Shown here piece by piece: positions 22,242-35,048 of a DNA stretch of 64,000 nucleotides; within the stretch, counting starts at the first letter, position 1, and each line of letters starts with the position of its first letter. The position numbers and the translations under genes were made by a program. The stretch comes from Escherichia phage vB_EcoP_EP32B. The notes below the pieces were generated by a model. It was not told the origin of the DNA. It did not search any database and worked only from the letters and a program-made list of their open reading frames with translations. The stretch lies in the sequence record OR544955, one strand, 5' to 3'.

Positions 22242-23690
22242 TTAAGCTGTAGGAAGTTCAACCCATGCACCATCTTTGCGAACATAGAATTTACCGTCTG
22301 AAGGAGCATCTTCAATATATCCAGCGTCCTTAAGAGTTTGGATTTCAGCTTCTGCAGCGGCCAAATCAGTTTCAAGAGTAGCAATTCTAGAAGTTAAACC
22401 ATTAATTGTCGTATCATGACTTTTAACTGTAGGCAATATACCGCGTTCTTCAACAGTCGAACCATTTGGGTTGGTGCCATTTATAAGAGTATTTAATGTG
22501 TTTACAGAACCCTTAATTCCTGTGGAATTAGTCCCAACATCAGTTTGAATGTTCTGAATGTCATTACTCAGCCCACCGATAGTTCCTTCAAGCTCTCGAG
22601 TACGATAAAGCAAAGAGCCGTCTGGTTCCGGTTTCCCACCTGAAGCGTCAACACCAACTACGTTATTTAACCATGACACATTAAAACGCAATCCTGACGA
22701 AGAATCAGAGCCGACAACAGTATTCAATGCTCCGATAGCATCAGTATTGAGTTTAATACGTCCTTGGATTGTAGTAGGCAAATCATCGGCGCCAATGGCA
22801 GTTTCTACTGTAGTCAAACGAGGTTTAATACCACCAGATTGATTGAGCTCAAGATTAATGTCGTTTATTGCTGAACTATTCGCATTAGTTGTAGTAATAA
22901 TAGAAGTCGTATTAGGATACCCAATAGACTGTTTAATGCCATCCAAGTCAGCATTTTGACGCGACAAAGTTAAATCAATACCGGAAAGACGACTAAACAC
23001 TGGAGTAGTGAAAGAAGTGCGAGGCCCCATTTCTTCGCGCAAGTGTTCAACTTCAACAGTTAAAGAGCCGACGTCAGAATCAGCAAATTTAGTTTCCAAA
23101 TCGGTTAAACGAACACCGTGGTCAACAATTACGGAGCTATTAGTCATAATACGGCGTTTCATACCAGTGCTATCATTTCCTGGAGTAGGAACCCCATTAA
23201 TATCTTGACCGGTATATTGTCCTAATTCATTTTTAATCCAAAGCAGGTCGTTACGAACCGTTCTATAAACTGAATCTGTTTCCTGATTATAAACACCAAT
23301 ATCGTCAGTATTCGCATCAATATGTTCATTCAAATCATTCAATTCACTGGCATGGGTTTGAACTGTGACTTTAATGACATCGATATCTTGGGTGTTCTGG
23401 CCTATCTGTGCAAGAGCATCAACATCCCCAGAAACATCTAAAATACCTTGAATAGCTTTGATATCTTCATTGGCCGTATTCAAAGAAGATGCTATAGTTT
23501 TAATATTAACATCTAACGCTTCTACGTTACGTTGAACTTCAACAATAGGACGGTTCATTACACCTTCAGAACCGTATTTTGTGTCAGCACCTGTTATTTC
23601 TTCATCGTTTTTAATCCATTCAATACGACTCTGACCCGCGTCTGGTGGGCCGTCAACATATGGTAAATCTACCAGAGTTATATCAGTCAT
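22242..23690 (-). CDS. wac: Fibritin (whisker) Wac
   Basis: 482 aa; C-terminal foldon-like GYIEDAPSDGKFYVRKDGAWVELPTA. Confidence 0.85.
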   Translation of the reverse strand: MTDITLVDLPYVDGPPDAGQSRIEWIKNDEEITGADTKYGSEGVMNRPIVEVQRNVEALDVNIKTIASSLNTANEDIKAIQGILDVSGDVDALAQIGQNTQDIDVIKVTVQTHASELNDLNEHIDANTDDIGVYNQETDSVYRTVRNDLLWIKNELGQYTGQDINGVPTPGNDSTGMKRRIMTNSSVIVDHGVRLTDLETKFADSDVGSLTVEVEHLREEMGPRTSFTTPVFSRLSGIDLTLSRQNADLDGIKQSIGYPNTTSIITTTNANSSAINDINLELNQSGGIKPRLTTVETAIGADDLPTTIQGRIKLNTDAIGALNTVVGSDSSSGLRFNVSWLNNVVGVDASGGKPEPDGSLLYRTRELEGTIGGLSNDIQNIQTDVGTNSTGIKGSVNTLNTLINGTNPNGSTVEERGILPTVKSHDTTINGLTSRIATLETDLAAAEAEIQTLKDAGYIEDAPSDGKFYVRKDGAWVELPTA

Positions 23691-25273
23691 TATTTTACCT
23701 TAATGATATAGTTTAAAGAAATATTCCATGGGCGAGTTTCATTTCCAATTAATTCTGGACGATTTAATGTATATTTGGAATTTCGTTGTGATGCCGGGTC
23801 AATTTCATATCCGTCATTGGTGAAGTATGAACGGTTATCCCAGTCAAGTCCTTTACGTGTACCAACAAAATTTGATCTACGGGTATTACCGAATGCTCCA
23901 GAATCATCATGTTCACCAAAACCGCCAGCATGCTTATGATATGACATCTGTTGTTTTTGCACTTCACCGACATATCCACCGGTACAACCTACACCTAATC
24001 TAGGCTTACCAAACTGGTCATTACCATTAACATTTGGATTTGTTAAGTGAGAACCACGACCTGAGCCGCGAACAAATAATCCACGCATATCGGGCAAGCC
24101 TGGGTTAGAAGAACTACCACCATATCGTGTCCCAATTCTGGAAGCATATACCGGACATTCTGAAGCAGAAACGGTCCCACCGTGACAGAAACGCCAGTCC
24201 GAACTCGGCAAACTATCTGCAGCCCACATTGTAATAGCGCCAACTGGAAGAATTCGGTCTAATTCATTTTGAGTCACAATACGATTGCCTTGAATATAAC
24301 CACCGGTCATATTGACATTACCCGTTATATTAGCACCACCAGAACCAACCGTCAACGTATTATTAATGCGAAGCGTGCCATTAATAGTTTGACCGCCTCG
24401 TTGGTGGATAACATCAGCATTCCAAGCAAGGGCAGAAGAACCATCACCACCTGATTGGCTACCCGCTTGTGTAGTTAAACGAACAACTCCACGTAAAGAA
24501 GTTGTAGCCCCACGCCCGTTTAATGTTGCGCCGGTCACTACAACTGAAGAGTTGTTACTATTTACTTCAGTCTGTGTCCCTAGTTTAACGACACCTTTAT
24601 TAGTTTCTGATGCTACTGAATTCATAAAGGTATAAGGTGAAATTGCATAGCCTTCACGCAGGGTGCCTTGTTGTGCTTGTGCAACTGTAGCTAAACGAAC
24701 AACACCTGTAATAGATTCGGTGGCGTCACTATTATTTGGAGCAATTTGTGAAATAAGTTTAATTGCTAATTGTTGTGTTTTTAACGGGGTCATTGCCGTT
24801 GTATCGTCAGAACCAGCTAATGCCGCAGCAGAAGTTGAAATTTTAATTACACCATTTGTTGCTTCTGTTGATACTTTTGTCTGGAATACATTGTCTATTT
24901 TTTGATTCAATTTAAGCGGAGTAATTGATGCATCGTCAATAGCTCCGGCTACTGCTTCATCTTCAGTAGCATAACGAGTTAAACCATATTGAGTTTCGGT
25001 TGCATTAGGATATTGTAGACGAGCATTCAGTGATGCCGGAGTAACAGCTTTACTATTATCTAATCCATCAATAACTTCTTGTGGAGTGGCTATTTGAATA
25101 ATTCCAGGTGTAGTAGTTGTTGCTTCCGGTACGCCATTAACACCTGAAGGAGAAATAGCAGCTAATGCGGCTTGGACATTAGTGACTGTATCTGGAAAAT
25201 TCGACCCAGTAGGGTCGAATTCAACGTAAATAGATTCATTTGAAACGTGTTGGTATGTATTGTTATTACTCAT
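23690..25273 (-). CDS. 12: Short tail fiber gp12
   Basis: 527 aa as in T4. Confidence 0.85.
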   Translation of the reverse strand: MSNNNTYQHVSNESIYVEFDPTGSNFPDTVTNVQAALAAISPSGVNGVPEATTTTPGIIQIATPQEVIDGLDNSKAVTPASLNARLQYPNATETQYGLTRYATEDEAVAGAIDDASITPLKLNQKIDNVFQTKVSTEATNGVIKISTSAAALAGSDDTTAMTPLKTQQLAIKLISQIAPNNSDATESITGVVRLATVAQAQQGTLREGYAISPYTFMNSVASETNKGVVKLGTQTEVNSNNSSVVVTGATLNGRGATTSLRGVVRLTTQAGSQSGGDGSSALAWNADVIHQRGGQTINGTLRINNTLTVGSGGANITGNVNMTGGYIQGNRIVTQNELDRILPVGAITMWAADSLPSSDWRFCHGGTVSASECPVYASRIGTRYGGSSSNPGLPDMRGLFVRGSGRGSHLTNPNVNGNDQFGKPRLGVGCTGGYVGEVQKQQMSYHKHAGGFGEHDDSGAFGNTRRSNFVGTRKGLDWDNRSYFTNDGYEIDPASQRNSKYTLNRPELIGNETRPWNISLNYIIKVK

Positions 25274-25929
25274 GAGGCTCTCACAAAGTGGTAGAAAACG
25301 GTAGGAGTATCATGGTTATCAAGAGTAACCGTTTGGGCACCTAATAAATTCCATGTTCCGTATCCGGATTTTGCTTCAGACAAAATTTCTTGCGAAATTG
25401 TTACACCAAACGAAGCATATGTTGGCAACACATGACGTTGGTTATCTAAATATGTCACCTGAAGTTTATTACCTTCGGATGGATGGTCTTTATAAGAAGA
25501 AATAGCGATTTGATTAGCAATGGCTTCTTGTAAAGCTATACGAACTTGTGCCGTTAATTCGTTATCAGTCATACCGATTGTTGCTTTAACAGCAAGTCCA
25601 AATACGTTAATAACGACTGGCGTTCCAGTGGTCAAAGTATCGTCGAGAACATCACCAGAAAAAGTCCAATAATCAACTTGTGCTGTACCTTCAGGCGATA
25701 CGCCTGAAGTGTTTGTGACAACAGTACCAATATCAGCTCGTGCCATATTATGGACATCATTTATTGCAGATTCTACGTTAGCATCATAAAAACCGCGAGC
25801 TAACTGAGAAATAGTCACGGAACCTACAGCTTGGTTGTTTAAAACATCAATTTGAGCTGGATTTTTTCTGTAATTCAAAAAATCAGCATGACGGGAAATA
25901 ACTCCCGCCTTTGTATTAAGTACAGTCAT
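25270..25929 (-). CDS. 11: Baseplate wedge/STF connector gp11
   Basis: 219 aa from internal ATG (MTVLNTKAG...), same as T4. Confidence 0.8.
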   Translation of the reverse strand: MTVLNTKAGVISRHADFLNYRKNPAQIDVLNNQAVGSVTISQLARGFYDANVESAINDVHNMARADIGTVVTNTSGVSPEGTAQVDYWTFSGDVLDDTLTTGTPVVINVFGLAVKATIGMTDNELTAQVRIALQEAIANQIAISSYKDHPSEGNKLQVTYLDNQRHVLPTYASFGVTISQEILSEAKSGYGTWNLLGAQTVTLDNHDTPTVFYHFVRAS

Positions 25930-27734
25930 TATGCAATCCTTACCCAACGGTATACAGTTATAGATGGCTGAATATTAGTTATAGAACGCGCTGGAACATG
26001 AGATCCATTAGTCTTTGCATGGTCTTCACGATATTTAGTGTAAATAGGACCTTCTTCATCCGGGTCATATTGGCAACCGCCTATAATTACTGTACCATTA
26101 TCATCAGAAATAAGAACCTTTTCATCGGTTTGTGTAGCTGGTAAATCAGCATTTTCTAATGTGATGGTTGTTACACCAACGGTACCACCTGCGGTATGAG
26201 TAGGGTTACCATTGACGTCAAGGTCATTATTATTTAATGCAAAATTAGGATCGGATGCGTCGTCATTCCAACCTGCTAATACTTTGCCTTGTCCCCAAAT
26301 TTTCCACAAACCAAAACCTAAATAAGTTGCCGGATTATTAGGGTTAACCGCATTTTCGTAAATAGTCCCGACAGGATAAATTGTATCAAATATTGCTGAG
26401 ATAGTCGAGAATTCACGTTCATACTTAGGAACAGGTTCTACATTAGGCCATCCAATTTTATCGAAATCGGTTAATGCAACGTCACCAGTAATTTCAATGT
26501 TAGACCCTTGAGAAACATATTTCTCATCAGCGACATCAAGGATTTCTTCCATTTCAAGAAGAGTTCCTAAATCGTTATTAAACCATGTGATGGTAATAAT
26601 GTCTTGGTCTTCAAATTGACGGTCAAACAGAATTGCGCTAGGGATATTATCAGTATATTCAATCGCATAATCTGTATACGATTGAGTCCACGTCCCACCG
26701 AGATTAGCGCATGACTCTTCAGAATCAGCATCCACACCTTCACAACGGAAAATAGGAGTTCCAACAGTACCAGCTAATTCTTGGAGAATACCATTGAAGC
26801 GAACTTCTAACGAATTAGGGTTAGGTGGTTCCGTAGGATTAATACCAAATGCTGTAAATGGAATAGACCGGAACGTACTCAAATCAGTGACGTAAATACT
26901 TCCGTCAATAGACTTTTTAGCAGTCAATTTACTATCTAAAATGCGAACTTGGCGACGAGTATATGAACTACGCCACTGAGAAACACCATCTAAGAATGTC
27001 TCAATTTGTACAGTGTCGCCAACATTACATGGTTGGCGTAATCTAATATTAAATCCATCAAGTGCAACCAGTTCACCAGGATTAGCGCCTGGAGAACCAA
27101 AATCACTGTTATCACTGAATACATCACCATAGTACAATTCGTTGCCACGATGTTTTACGCGAATGTTGTTAACGTTATAAGAGGTCCCGTTAAAAACATC
27201 CATGAAATCGGTCTGACCTTGGGTTTCAACCAGATATTCTCTACGAGCAACGTTACTAATGTCAGAGCTAACTATTTTGTCAATTTGTTTGTTCTTGATG
27301 TATTCCCAACGTCCAGGAGCACAATAAACTAATTCTAAATCAGAGAACTGAACGTTAATTTCCACCGGAGATGAAGAACCTTTAATCGTGTCTCCGTTTG
27401 CCGGAATTAAAGTAACAGGGTTAATGTTCCAAGTTGCAAATACGTCACGGGCACGAATAACTTTATTATAGTCTGCAATTGTCCCTTTAGGAAGATTTAC
27501 CGAAACTCGCCCAGAAGTAGTATTAATTGCATAAGATTTACCCCAAGCAGCCTTAAGATTAAGACCATCAGCCGCATCATAAGTCTTCCATGCACCAGCG
27601 GCATAAGGAACTTCACCATCACCTAATTCATAATAGATTTCGTCAAAGTTCTCATTTATTTTTTCACCACCTCGACGAAGGTAATCGCCTTGTCCGTCAT
27701 CAACGACGTTACCAATTTTAATATTTTGTTTCAT
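25929..27734 (-). CDS. 10: Baseplate wedge protein gp10
   Basis: 601 aa; T4 602. Confidence 0.85.
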   Translation of the reverse strand: MKQNIKIGNVVDDGQGDYLRRGGEKINENFDEIYYELGDGEVPYAAGAWKTYDAADGLNLKAAWGKSYAINTTSGRVSVNLPKGTIADYNKVIRARDVFATWNINPVTLIPANGDTIKGSSSPVEINVQFSDLELVYCAPGRWEYIKNKQIDKIVSSDISNVARREYLVETQGQTDFMDVFNGTSYNVNNIRVKHRGNELYYGDVFSDNSDFGSPGANPGELVALDGFNIRLRQPCNVGDTVQIETFLDGVSQWRSSYTRRQVRILDSKLTAKKSIDGSIYVTDLSTFRSIPFTAFGINPTEPPNPNSLEVRFNGILQELAGTVGTPIFRCEGVDADSEESCANLGGTWTQSYTDYAIEYTDNIPSAILFDRQFEDQDIITITWFNNDLGTLLEMEEILDVADEKYVSQGSNIEITGDVALTDFDKIGWPNVEPVPKYEREFSTISAIFDTIYPVGTIYENAVNPNNPATYLGFGLWKIWGQGKVLAGWNDDASDPNFALNNNDLDVNGNPTHTAGGTVGVTTITLENADLPATQTDEKVLISDDNGTVIIGGCQYDPDEEGPIYTKYREDHAKTNGSHVPARSITNIQPSITVYRWVRIA

Positions 27735-28606
27735 TATTGAGCGACCCCAATTTTCTGAGTTGAGATAATTTTAACTGCCGAACGTAATCCAATAATATCG
27801 GATGTAATCGTCATAGTAGCAAAGTTGTTAATAATACTAAAGCTAATATTAGCAATCTCGTCGGTTTCATCTACATTACCAACTCGCATTACTGCAAATT
27901 CGGTAGAAAGAACTTCTGAGTTAATTGTATCTATTAGAATATTTATTTCACATGTTTTTATTTTTCTACCGTCAGCGGATTGACATGTAACAAGCAATTT
28001 AGCCATGTTATAATCTGTGCGATAAAACAGAGGAATAGAAACTGTGTTTCCTGTAAGACTCCAAGTCCCATCGACAGGAGATTCTTTCTGCCCAAACATG
28101 CTATCAGTAGAATAATTCCATACTGAAGTCGGCCCATTAATTTCAACACAACGAAGAACAACATGGGTATAAGGGGTGGAAATAACAAGATTATTAAGAA
28201 CACCTTTAATTGAACCATCAGTTACTTGGATACTTAAAGGATTGTTAACAGAAATAGACCCATTAGAGTTTATGAATTCTACAGAGTCACCTAATTCAGG
28301 ACGGTCAATAATAACAATCACACCACCATCAGAAGCATCAATATCATGCATAGTGCCTGGTTTAATAGGAGTTTGATAATCGACCGCCTTTCCTTTTTGA
28401 TAATAACCTGTGGCATGAATAGTTTGACCTGTAGGTCCGGTTCCATCTGCTACGGCCATTTTACGTTGATCGCCAAATGCATTGTAAATAGCGTTGATAT
28501 CGTCATTTATTTTATTACCACCGTCGAATAAGATATCACCTGTTGAGGCATTACCAATTTCGCCGGTATCGATTAATTGTTTAGGAGTTTGCTTAAAAAA
28601 TGCCAT
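27734..28606 (-). CDS. 9: Baseplate wedge protein gp9 (long tail fiber socket)
   Basis: 290 aa; T4 288. Confidence 0.85.
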   Translation of the reverse strand: MAFFKQTPKQLIDTGEIGNASTGDILFDGGNKINDDINAIYNAFGDQRKMAVADGTGPTGQTIHATGYYQKGKAVDYQTPIKPGTMHDIDASDGGVIVIIDRPELGDSVEFINSNGSISVNNPLSIQVTDGSIKGVLNNLVISTPYTHVVLRCVEINGPTSVWNYSTDSMFGQKESPVDGTWSLTGNTVSIPLFYRTDYNMAKLLVTCQSADGRKIKTCEINILIDTINSEVLSTEFAVMRVGNVDETDEIANISFSIINNFATMTITSDIIGLRSAVKIISTQKIGVAQ

Positions 28607-28638
28607 AATTCTGCCTTTTGTTGTCCGATATTATATTC

Positions 28639-28675
28639 TATTTATAGATACAAAAATGGGAGCCCGAAGGCTCCC
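28639..28675 (-). promoter_or_regulatory. Hairpin/terminator after gene 8 plus late promoter for gene 9
   Basis: GGGAGCC-CGAA-GGCTCCC hairpin 28658-28675 with minus-strand T-run; TATAAATA (minus) at 28639-28646. Confidence 0.5.
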
Positions 28676-28678
28676 TAA

Positions 28679-29683
28679 TTAAAACATAAACAAAATGTTA
28701 ATTTCTTCTGTTTGGTCCATTGCCATAATAACAGGTGGTCGGTTTTCCATATAAATCATTTCACCAGAATGACGTTGCAGGTCTCTAGGGTCGTAATAAT
28801 CCTTTTCTGCTTTAACATTAGGGTCATTTGGATTTTTCTTAGCTTCTAATGGGTTTGCGATAATTGATATCTGTCTAAAACCCTTGTTACCTGGCAAAGC
28901 TGCCTCAGGGAAATAAACAGAATCAAAATATGCTTTAAACCGCATTGTATTAGCTTTAACACGATAAATCAAGCCGTAGTCGTCTTGTTGCCAAGTTAAG
29001 TTATTTTCATATCCCCAACGGGTGGGGTCTTCTTTAATTTCTTCCGGCCATGGAACTACAAGATATTCATTAGTGCAACGGTTAATTGACACATCGGCAG
29101 GAATCTCATAAAGATATTCCCAAATATATCCATCACCGGTTTCGATAACCCCATTAGCATCGCCTCTGCCTTCAGGAGGAGACATAGAACGAACAGACGG
29201 AGTCCATTTACCACCTAATTTAAGACATTCGTCTTTATTATCTAAAGATTCTATTGAACAGAGCCCTACGTCAGGGACGTCTAAACAACGGTAAATTAAC
29301 CAACCGGCTCCAACTTCTGTCGCGTTGTACGGAGCAGTATTACATGCGACTATATCGTTAATTCTAAACGTGTAAGGGTCTGGATATCGCACATCTCCCC
29401 AATCACGTCTAGGAATAACAGAATCTAACATTGAAGGTAAAACTTTAACGGTACCCATCATATGGGTCCACATATCAGTAACACCAAGAACAGAATCTGT
29501 AGGATAAGGTGGGGCGAAGCCCACCTCATTTTCATTTGACGCCCAAGGCTCTGAACGTCCAAACGTAATATAAATGGAGTTCTTATCATCTCCATCCCCA
29601 ACTGAATTATAAAAATTCAGCATTTTCTCTGTTCTAAATTTTGATGTAACTATTGCACGATAGATAACACTTGAATCATTCAT
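28679..29683 (-). CDS. 8: Baseplate wedge protein gp8
   Basis: 334 aa as in T4. Confidence 0.85.
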   Translation of the reverse strand: MNDSSVIYRAIVTSKFRTEKMLNFYNSVGDGDDKNSIYITFGRSEPWASNENEVGFAPPYPTDSVLGVTDMWTHMMGTVKVLPSMLDSVIPRRDWGDVRYPDPYTFRINDIVACNTAPYNATEVGAGWLIYRCLDVPDVGLCSIESLDNKDECLKLGGKWTPSVRSMSPPEGRGDANGVIETGDGYIWEYLYEIPADVSINRCTNEYLVVPWPEEIKEDPTRWGYENNLTWQQDDYGLIYRVKANTMRFKAYFDSVYFPEAALPGNKGFRQISIIANPLEAKKNPNDPNVKAEKDYYDPRDLQRHSGEMIYMENRPPVIMAMDQTEEINILFMF

Positions 29684-32600
29684 CTAATTTAACCTGTGGT
29701 GGATTCACGGGGTCTCTTGGATTTCCTACATTATCGATTAACCGCTGTTCAACCAAATCTCTAAATCTAGAGAATGTTGTTCCGGACGCATCAAATAATG
29801 GGCTCATCAGTTTACGTCGTTCCGATGGAAGTTGACCTTGAAATATGGAGTTATTGTTTTCAGCGTTATAATCTTCAGGTAATGGATAATCTTGACCGGC
29901 CATAGGGCCTATTTCATATATCGCTTTACCTGTAATAGGGTCAAACTCAACATTTCCTTGTGGGTCTAATTTAGCCACTCGGTCTGCATATTTAGTCGGT
30001 AATCCAGAATCCCACTTATAGTTTTTGTATTTATTAATAACGGTTTCAACATGTTTAAGTGTTAATCCGGTGTTAATAAACATTGTGAGAAGGGTAATTG
30101 CGATAAATCCAAATCCAACCGGATGAACAAAACGTAATACGTCTGATTTCCAACGAGATGATGGAAGTTTAGATTTAATCTTCATTACGTAGTATGCTCT
30201 ACCACGATTTATGTAATCGATGTTGTTCTGAGAAAGCTCTTTACCTTTAATACCACGAACAATTTCACCTTCAAAACCAGGGAGTCTTTCAGCTTTAACT
30301 TCTTGTCCTTGGATTAAACGACCTAAGAGGTTGTGAATTGTTACGGTCCATTGTAATTTACCTTTAGAGTAACTTCTCTCGATATACGTCACATTACAAC
30401 GTCCTGTCGCGGTGTATATGGTTTGTCCGACCAAATCTTCTGTCAACGAATCAGATTCAATGATGATATCATATTCGGTCCCGGAGCTAGATTCAATTTC
30501 AATTTCAACATCTTCGTTATAAAGCACTTTAAACAAGAATTTATATGATGCTTCAGTTCCTTTAGTTGAATAGAAGTCATAACTTCTTGATTCAAAGAAA
30601 CGAGACACTAAATCGCGTTTTTCGGCGTTTAAATAAATGTTTCGTTTATAAATCTCGGACCATAAATATTCCCACGCATGTTCTTCTCGCGGATATTGAT
30701 TTTTAATAAGATTCAAAAGGTTGTTATAATGGGTCCCATAACCGTCAGAAAGATACTGAATATAAGCCTCGCAGAACGCTTCAAAGTTTGTATTATCTAA
30801 AAGATAAGACTCCGGCATCATTGTAGTGAGCAATGGACGTAAATCTGGGTCTGCAATACCATTCTCTTCTACAGGAGTCCATGTGGTATCTTTTTCTTGG
30901 TTTTGTAACGATGCTGTTAAGAATATATTAGTAGGCTTCCAAATTATAGAAACATTATCTCTAACACGATAACTAAAATCATAATAAGAAATAATCTCAC
31001 CTGATGATTTATAGAAAATCATGCCGGATGCATATTTTTTAAATCCGGTGAAATCCACGTTAGGCATCACTATTGTACAGTCACCGTCCTTCCAATATTC
31101 ATGAACTTCACGGTCTGAAGAACTAAGTGGATGATTCTCAATAACCTTAGTGTAAAGTAAATCAGAATAAATTACAACAGCCTTGTCTGAGTTATTAATC
31201 CAACATCGAGTACCGGACTTTCTAGAATAACTAAAGAATGGCTCAGCATAGTATTCCATCGGTTGAGGAGTGAACGATTCCCATTGAGAGTCTTCAGTTG
31301 AAATAAATGCCATCATATGATAATGTTTATCAGCCAACCATTCGCGAGGATACTCATATTTAACAGCACCGATTAAACCGTACTTGATTTGTGTTTTTGG
31401 GTCATCAACAATATCCGATTCTAGAAATTTAAAATTACTAGATGAAATAGATAACTCAACACCATCAGTAGACATACTGGTGTACCCAGGTTCAATACGA
31501 CGGCGTTCTTCTTCAGTATTACCAAACACACGTTTAAATGTGCCAGCATCATGGTCTAGAACGTAAACGCCCTTATCAGCAGAATCAACAATAGGAGTAG
31601 TCCTCGGGTCATCGTTAAGATTAACAACTTCACCGATAATCAGTGCAAATATTTTACCACCGACAGAATCCATTTTATAGCAAACTGCCTTAGGGTTACC
31701 TGTGATGTTAAATGTTTCTTGTTCAAACAAACGTTCGGAATATGTCGGAGATAACGGGTCTGAATCAATAGGGGCATTACTAGTTTTGATAAAACGAACT
31801 TTATCTCGAGCAGCAACGTATACATAATCGTCGTTGCAAACGATAGCTTCTGCAATACGTGATACGTTAGCAGGTAATGATGCGTAGTTACCAAATATTT
31901 CTACATCAAATCCTAAATTTAATTGGTCGCCAATTTTAGCAAATGTTATATCTTGGGAACTAAATCTCACATCATCAGCAGACCAACGAATGTCTGTTGA
32001 TTTACGACCGTAAAATAATTTATCGTACCCAAGAACATACGTGGTATAATCTGTCTGGTAATACACTGTTCTTGATACAGGGTACCCTACACGGTCATTA
32101 AACAATTTAACCGATTTCCAGGTTTGTCCCTTATCATTAGAGACTTTAACCACAGGCTGATACCGTTCAAACAAATAAAGAATTCCTTCGGATTCCATCA
32201 AATAAACACGGTTTATATCATGACACACCTGTTGAATCGAACCTTGAATTTCATGATACTCATTTTCGCCAATAATGAAATTTTTAATAGATGAAATATC
32301 TGCATAAGCAGGGCTAAATTGGAACGATTCATTCATTAGAGCTGCCATTATAGTGTCGTTATTAAAATCGACATAAGCCATGTTGTTATTTGTAAATTTT
32401 TCTCTAATAAAAGTGTTAGCCAATTGCATTTCAATCATATGTTGAAATGTATACGCGTTAGTCTGAAATGATTCAAATATTTCGGTATATACCCAATCAG
32501 ATCTCTCGAAGCCTTCGGCGGCAGTTGATACACGAATAATATAAGAAGTTAATGGGTCTAAGCTATTTTCGAACCAGTTGCTATTAGGAGTATATCCTAA

Positions 32601-32774
32601 ATTTATCCATCTGTAGCTGGCAGGGGGAATTATTCCACCGTCTGCCGTTTTAGTCTCAGCGATTTCTACGAAATAGTAGAAATTAGCACCAACGTCATCC
32701 CAGCGTATTTGAACTTGGTTAGCGGACAACTTGGATATTCTGAGACTTGTGACTGCTGGCGCTTTTACTGTCAT
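29676..32774 (-). CDS. 7: Baseplate wedge initiator gp7
   Basis: 1032 aa as in T4. Confidence 0.9.
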   Translation of the reverse strand: MTVKAPAVTSLRISKLSANQVQIRWDDVGANFYYFVEIAETKTADGGIIPPASYRWINLGYTPNSNWFENSLDPLTSYIIRVSTAAEGFERSDWVYTEIFESFQTNAYTFQHMIEMQLANTFIREKFTNNNMAYVDFNNDTIMAALMNESFQFSPAYADISSIKNFIIGENEYHEIQGSIQQVCHDINRVYLMESEGILYLFERYQPVVKVSNDKGQTWKSVKLFNDRVGYPVSRTVYYQTDYTTYVLGYDKLFYGRKSTDIRWSADDVRFSSQDITFAKIGDQLNLGFDVEIFGNYASLPANVSRIAEAIVCNDDYVYVAARDKVRFIKTSNAPIDSDPLSPTYSERLFEQETFNITGNPKAVCYKMDSVGGKIFALIIGEVVNLNDDPRTTPIVDSADKGVYVLDHDAGTFKRVFGNTEEERRRIEPGYTSMSTDGVELSISSSNFKFLESDIVDDPKTQIKYGLIGAVKYEYPREWLADKHYHMMAFISTEDSQWESFTPQPMEYYAEPFFSYSRKSGTRCWINNSDKAVVIYSDLLYTKVIENHPLSSSDREVHEYWKDGDCTIVMPNVDFTGFKKYASGMIFYKSSGEIISYYDFSYRVRDNVSIIWKPTNIFLTASLQNQEKDTTWTPVEENGIADPDLRPLLTTMMPESYLLDNTNFEAFCEAYIQYLSDGYGTHYNNLLNLIKNQYPREEHAWEYLWSEIYKRNIYLNAEKRDLVSRFFESRSYDFYSTKGTEASYKFLFKVLYNEDVEIEIESSSGTEYDIIIESDSLTEDLVGQTIYTATGRCNVTYIERSYSKGKLQWTVTIHNLLGRLIQGQEVKAERLPGFEGEIVRGIKGKELSQNNIDYINRGRAYYVMKIKSKLPSSRWKSDVLRFVHPVGFGFIAITLLTMFINTGLTLKHVETVINKYKNYKWDSGLPTKYADRVAKLDPQGNVEFDPITGKAIYEIGPMAGQDYPLPEDYNAENNNSIFQGQLPSERRKLMSPLFDASGTTFSRFRDLVEQRLIDNVGNPRDPVNPPQVKLDE

Positions 32775-34744
32775 TGTGAAATAGGCTCCAAATCTATAGT
32801 TAAGTACTGAGGACGTAAGTCATTTTCGAATACGATTAAAGAACCATCCTTTGTAAAAATAATATCATCTGCAGGGTCGGAATAAAGTTCAATTGTTTGA
32901 ACTTCAAAACGGTCTGAAGTGAGGTCAATTTTAGCAATGTTCCAATAAATCGAATCGGCAGGATAATTCACTTCACCAATTGAATAGTATTTGTTTCGTC
33001 CGTCAGTAACAGTAAGTTTATTAAAATCATTACCTGTATAAGGTTGTATATTTTCGTTTTCAACAACATCACCGTCTGCAAATGGACCAATAATAACTTG
33101 ACCTATGCCACGGTCATTACGGTCAGAAGATACTATGCGAACACCGTATTTAATAGTTTCGTTTGCATTTTCTGGATTAGGTCTGTGCGAATCAAACGAG
33201 AATATATTAGATTCCATCGATCTATCTTTAATCTGATTATTGTATTTAATACCGGCCTCAGGCGTTTTATAGAAGTTTTGTACTTCGCGAACCATTTGAA
33301 TAGTAGCTGAAGAACCAATAATAGAAATATCTGCATCATCGACATAAGTTAGCATTTTAGATTTTGCAAACGATGAGTTAAAAATTTCTACATCTTCGAT
33401 ATAATATCGGTCTATTTTATTAATAATCTGCCCTTCAAGATATTGTTCTGATTCTTGGAGTTTATTCAACGCGTATGTAACTTTGATATTCATTTTGATA
33501 AACAAATAATCAGGCGAAATAACAACAGGTGTAATAGTCCCTAAGTTATAATCATTTAAATAGTTTTTGATATCATCGCGTTGGACAGAAGTCAAATACA
33601 ATCCAGATTTAGGCTTAGCAGCAATATATGCGTACCCTGGTTTAGATGAATCTGTGAATGTTTGAACCGCTTGAATAATAGAACCAAACCGCTCAGAGAC
33701 GAATGTGTCATAGTCGGAAGCGGTTACACAACGTTGTTGAGTTTCGCGTTTAATTGTGCCTAATTCGCGGATACGTTCAATATCTTCAGGGTCACCGCCA
33801 CCGTCGGCCCCGACAAAGTCTGGGTTATTGCTAGGGTTCTCGTTAATATCGATTACCGTGATATTAGCTAATGTATCAGCATAAGAAAATCCTACAGCAC
33901 CGTTGGCATCTGCGCCATTAGTAGAAATATACTCAATTACGATTTTAGAACCCTGAACAGGTTTAAGGCCACCAATATAGTTAGATGTTAACGCACCTTC
34001 TGATGTGTTAATAGAGATTTCGCCTTCACCAAAATAAAATTCTGTGTTCCCATCAACTGTTTCACGCATATAATAGATTGTTGACGTAGAACCAGCGTGA
34101 ACCATCGACTTACGAGTCCAGTTAATCCATTCTGCTCCGTCAACATACAACTTAACCAAATTACGGTCAATATTCTTATCACGAATAATGATAGGTTTTA
34201 ATCTATCAAATGTTAATTCAGTGCGAACAATACGTCCTTGAGCTAATCGAAGACGTGGAAAATATTGGTTATTTTTGTCTTTAACTACAATGACATCTTC
34301 GGTAGAAACAAAGTTATATGGGTTAACAGAAGTATCTTTAGCGTATGCTAAGAAACGAGTGCCACGTGGAATGGTGATATAGTTTCTATTTAATGCATCC
34401 GTACATGTGAGCATAATTTCTGTTTGTGCTGCTGATTTAGATGAAGGCAGATATCCGTTATCTTGAGCCGCTTGTACAACAGAACTACGCAAGTTTGCAG
34501 TACGCATAAAACTTTCATACACCGCACTATTACTGAACTGTTGGATGTAAAGAGTGTTATATGCTAAAAGGTCGCACAATACGTTTAAGCGTGAACCTTC
34601 AAAATCATAATCAAGAAATTCATTCTGCCCATTAAGCCATTCGATAATGTTCTGTTTGATTTCGGCAAATGTGCCCCCGATAAAAATCTCGGGAATAGCA
34701 TTCGCTGTTCTGGTTAATTGATAATTTACAGGAGTGTTTGCCAT
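32771..34744 (-). CDS. 6: Baseplate wedge protein gp6
   Basis: 658 aa from internal ATG (MANTPVNYQ...) with SD; T4 660. Confidence 0.85.
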   Translation of the reverse strand: MANTPVNYQLTRTANAIPEIFIGGTFAEIKQNIIEWLNGQNEFLDYDFEGSRLNVLCDLLAYNTLYIQQFSNSAVYESFMRTANLRSSVVQAAQDNGYLPSSKSAAQTEIMLTCTDALNRNYITIPRGTRFLAYAKDTSVNPYNFVSTEDVIVVKDKNNQYFPRLRLAQGRIVRTELTFDRLKPIIIRDKNIDRNLVKLYVDGAEWINWTRKSMVHAGSTSTIYYMRETVDGNTEFYFGEGEISINTSEGALTSNYIGGLKPVQGSKIVIEYISTNGADANGAVGFSYADTLANITVIDINENPSNNPDFVGADGGGDPEDIERIRELGTIKRETQQRCVTASDYDTFVSERFGSIIQAVQTFTDSSKPGYAYIAAKPKSGLYLTSVQRDDIKNYLNDYNLGTITPVVISPDYLFIKMNIKVTYALNKLQESEQYLEGQIINKIDRYYIEDVEIFNSSFAKSKMLTYVDDADISIIGSSATIQMVREVQNFYKTPEAGIKYNNQIKDRSMESNIFSFDSHRPNPENANETIKYGVRIVSSDRNDRGIGQVIIGPFADGDVVENENIQPYTGNDFNKLTVTDGRNKYYSIGEVNYPADSIYWNIAKIDLTSDRFEVQTIELYSDPADDIIFTKDGSLIVFENDLRPQYLTIDLEPISQ

Positions 34745-34752
34745 TTTAATTC

Positions 34753-35046
34753 CTATTTTATAAAGACTTTTGACGAGGCCTGAGAAACAGTATCCCCGCA
34801 TGAAATTGGGTCGGCCATTTGAACGGCCTTTTTACCGGTGACGTATACTTTAGATGTACGAGGTTCAGTAACACCTCCATGAGTCTCGTATGGTTTTTTA
34901 ATTTCTGTATGAGGTGTTATTTGGTCTCCTGCCACTAGAACAGGAATACCGCCTGTGAACACTTTAGATTGGGAAGCATTTATTACAGTAGGAGGCCATG
35001 CTTCATGACCTGCTGTAACGCACTTGTCGTAACTTAAGCCAGACAT
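34753..35046 (-). CDS. 5.4: gp5.4 PAAR-repeat spike-tip protein
   Basis: 97 aa from internal ATG (MSGLSYDK...), matching T4 gp5.4 length. Confidence 0.75.
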   Translation of the reverse strand: MSGLSYDKCVTAGHEAWPPTVINASQSKVFTGGIPVLVAGDQITPHTEIKKPYETHGGVTEPRTSKVYVTGKKAVQMADPISCGDTVSQASSKVFIK

Positions 35047-35048
35047 TT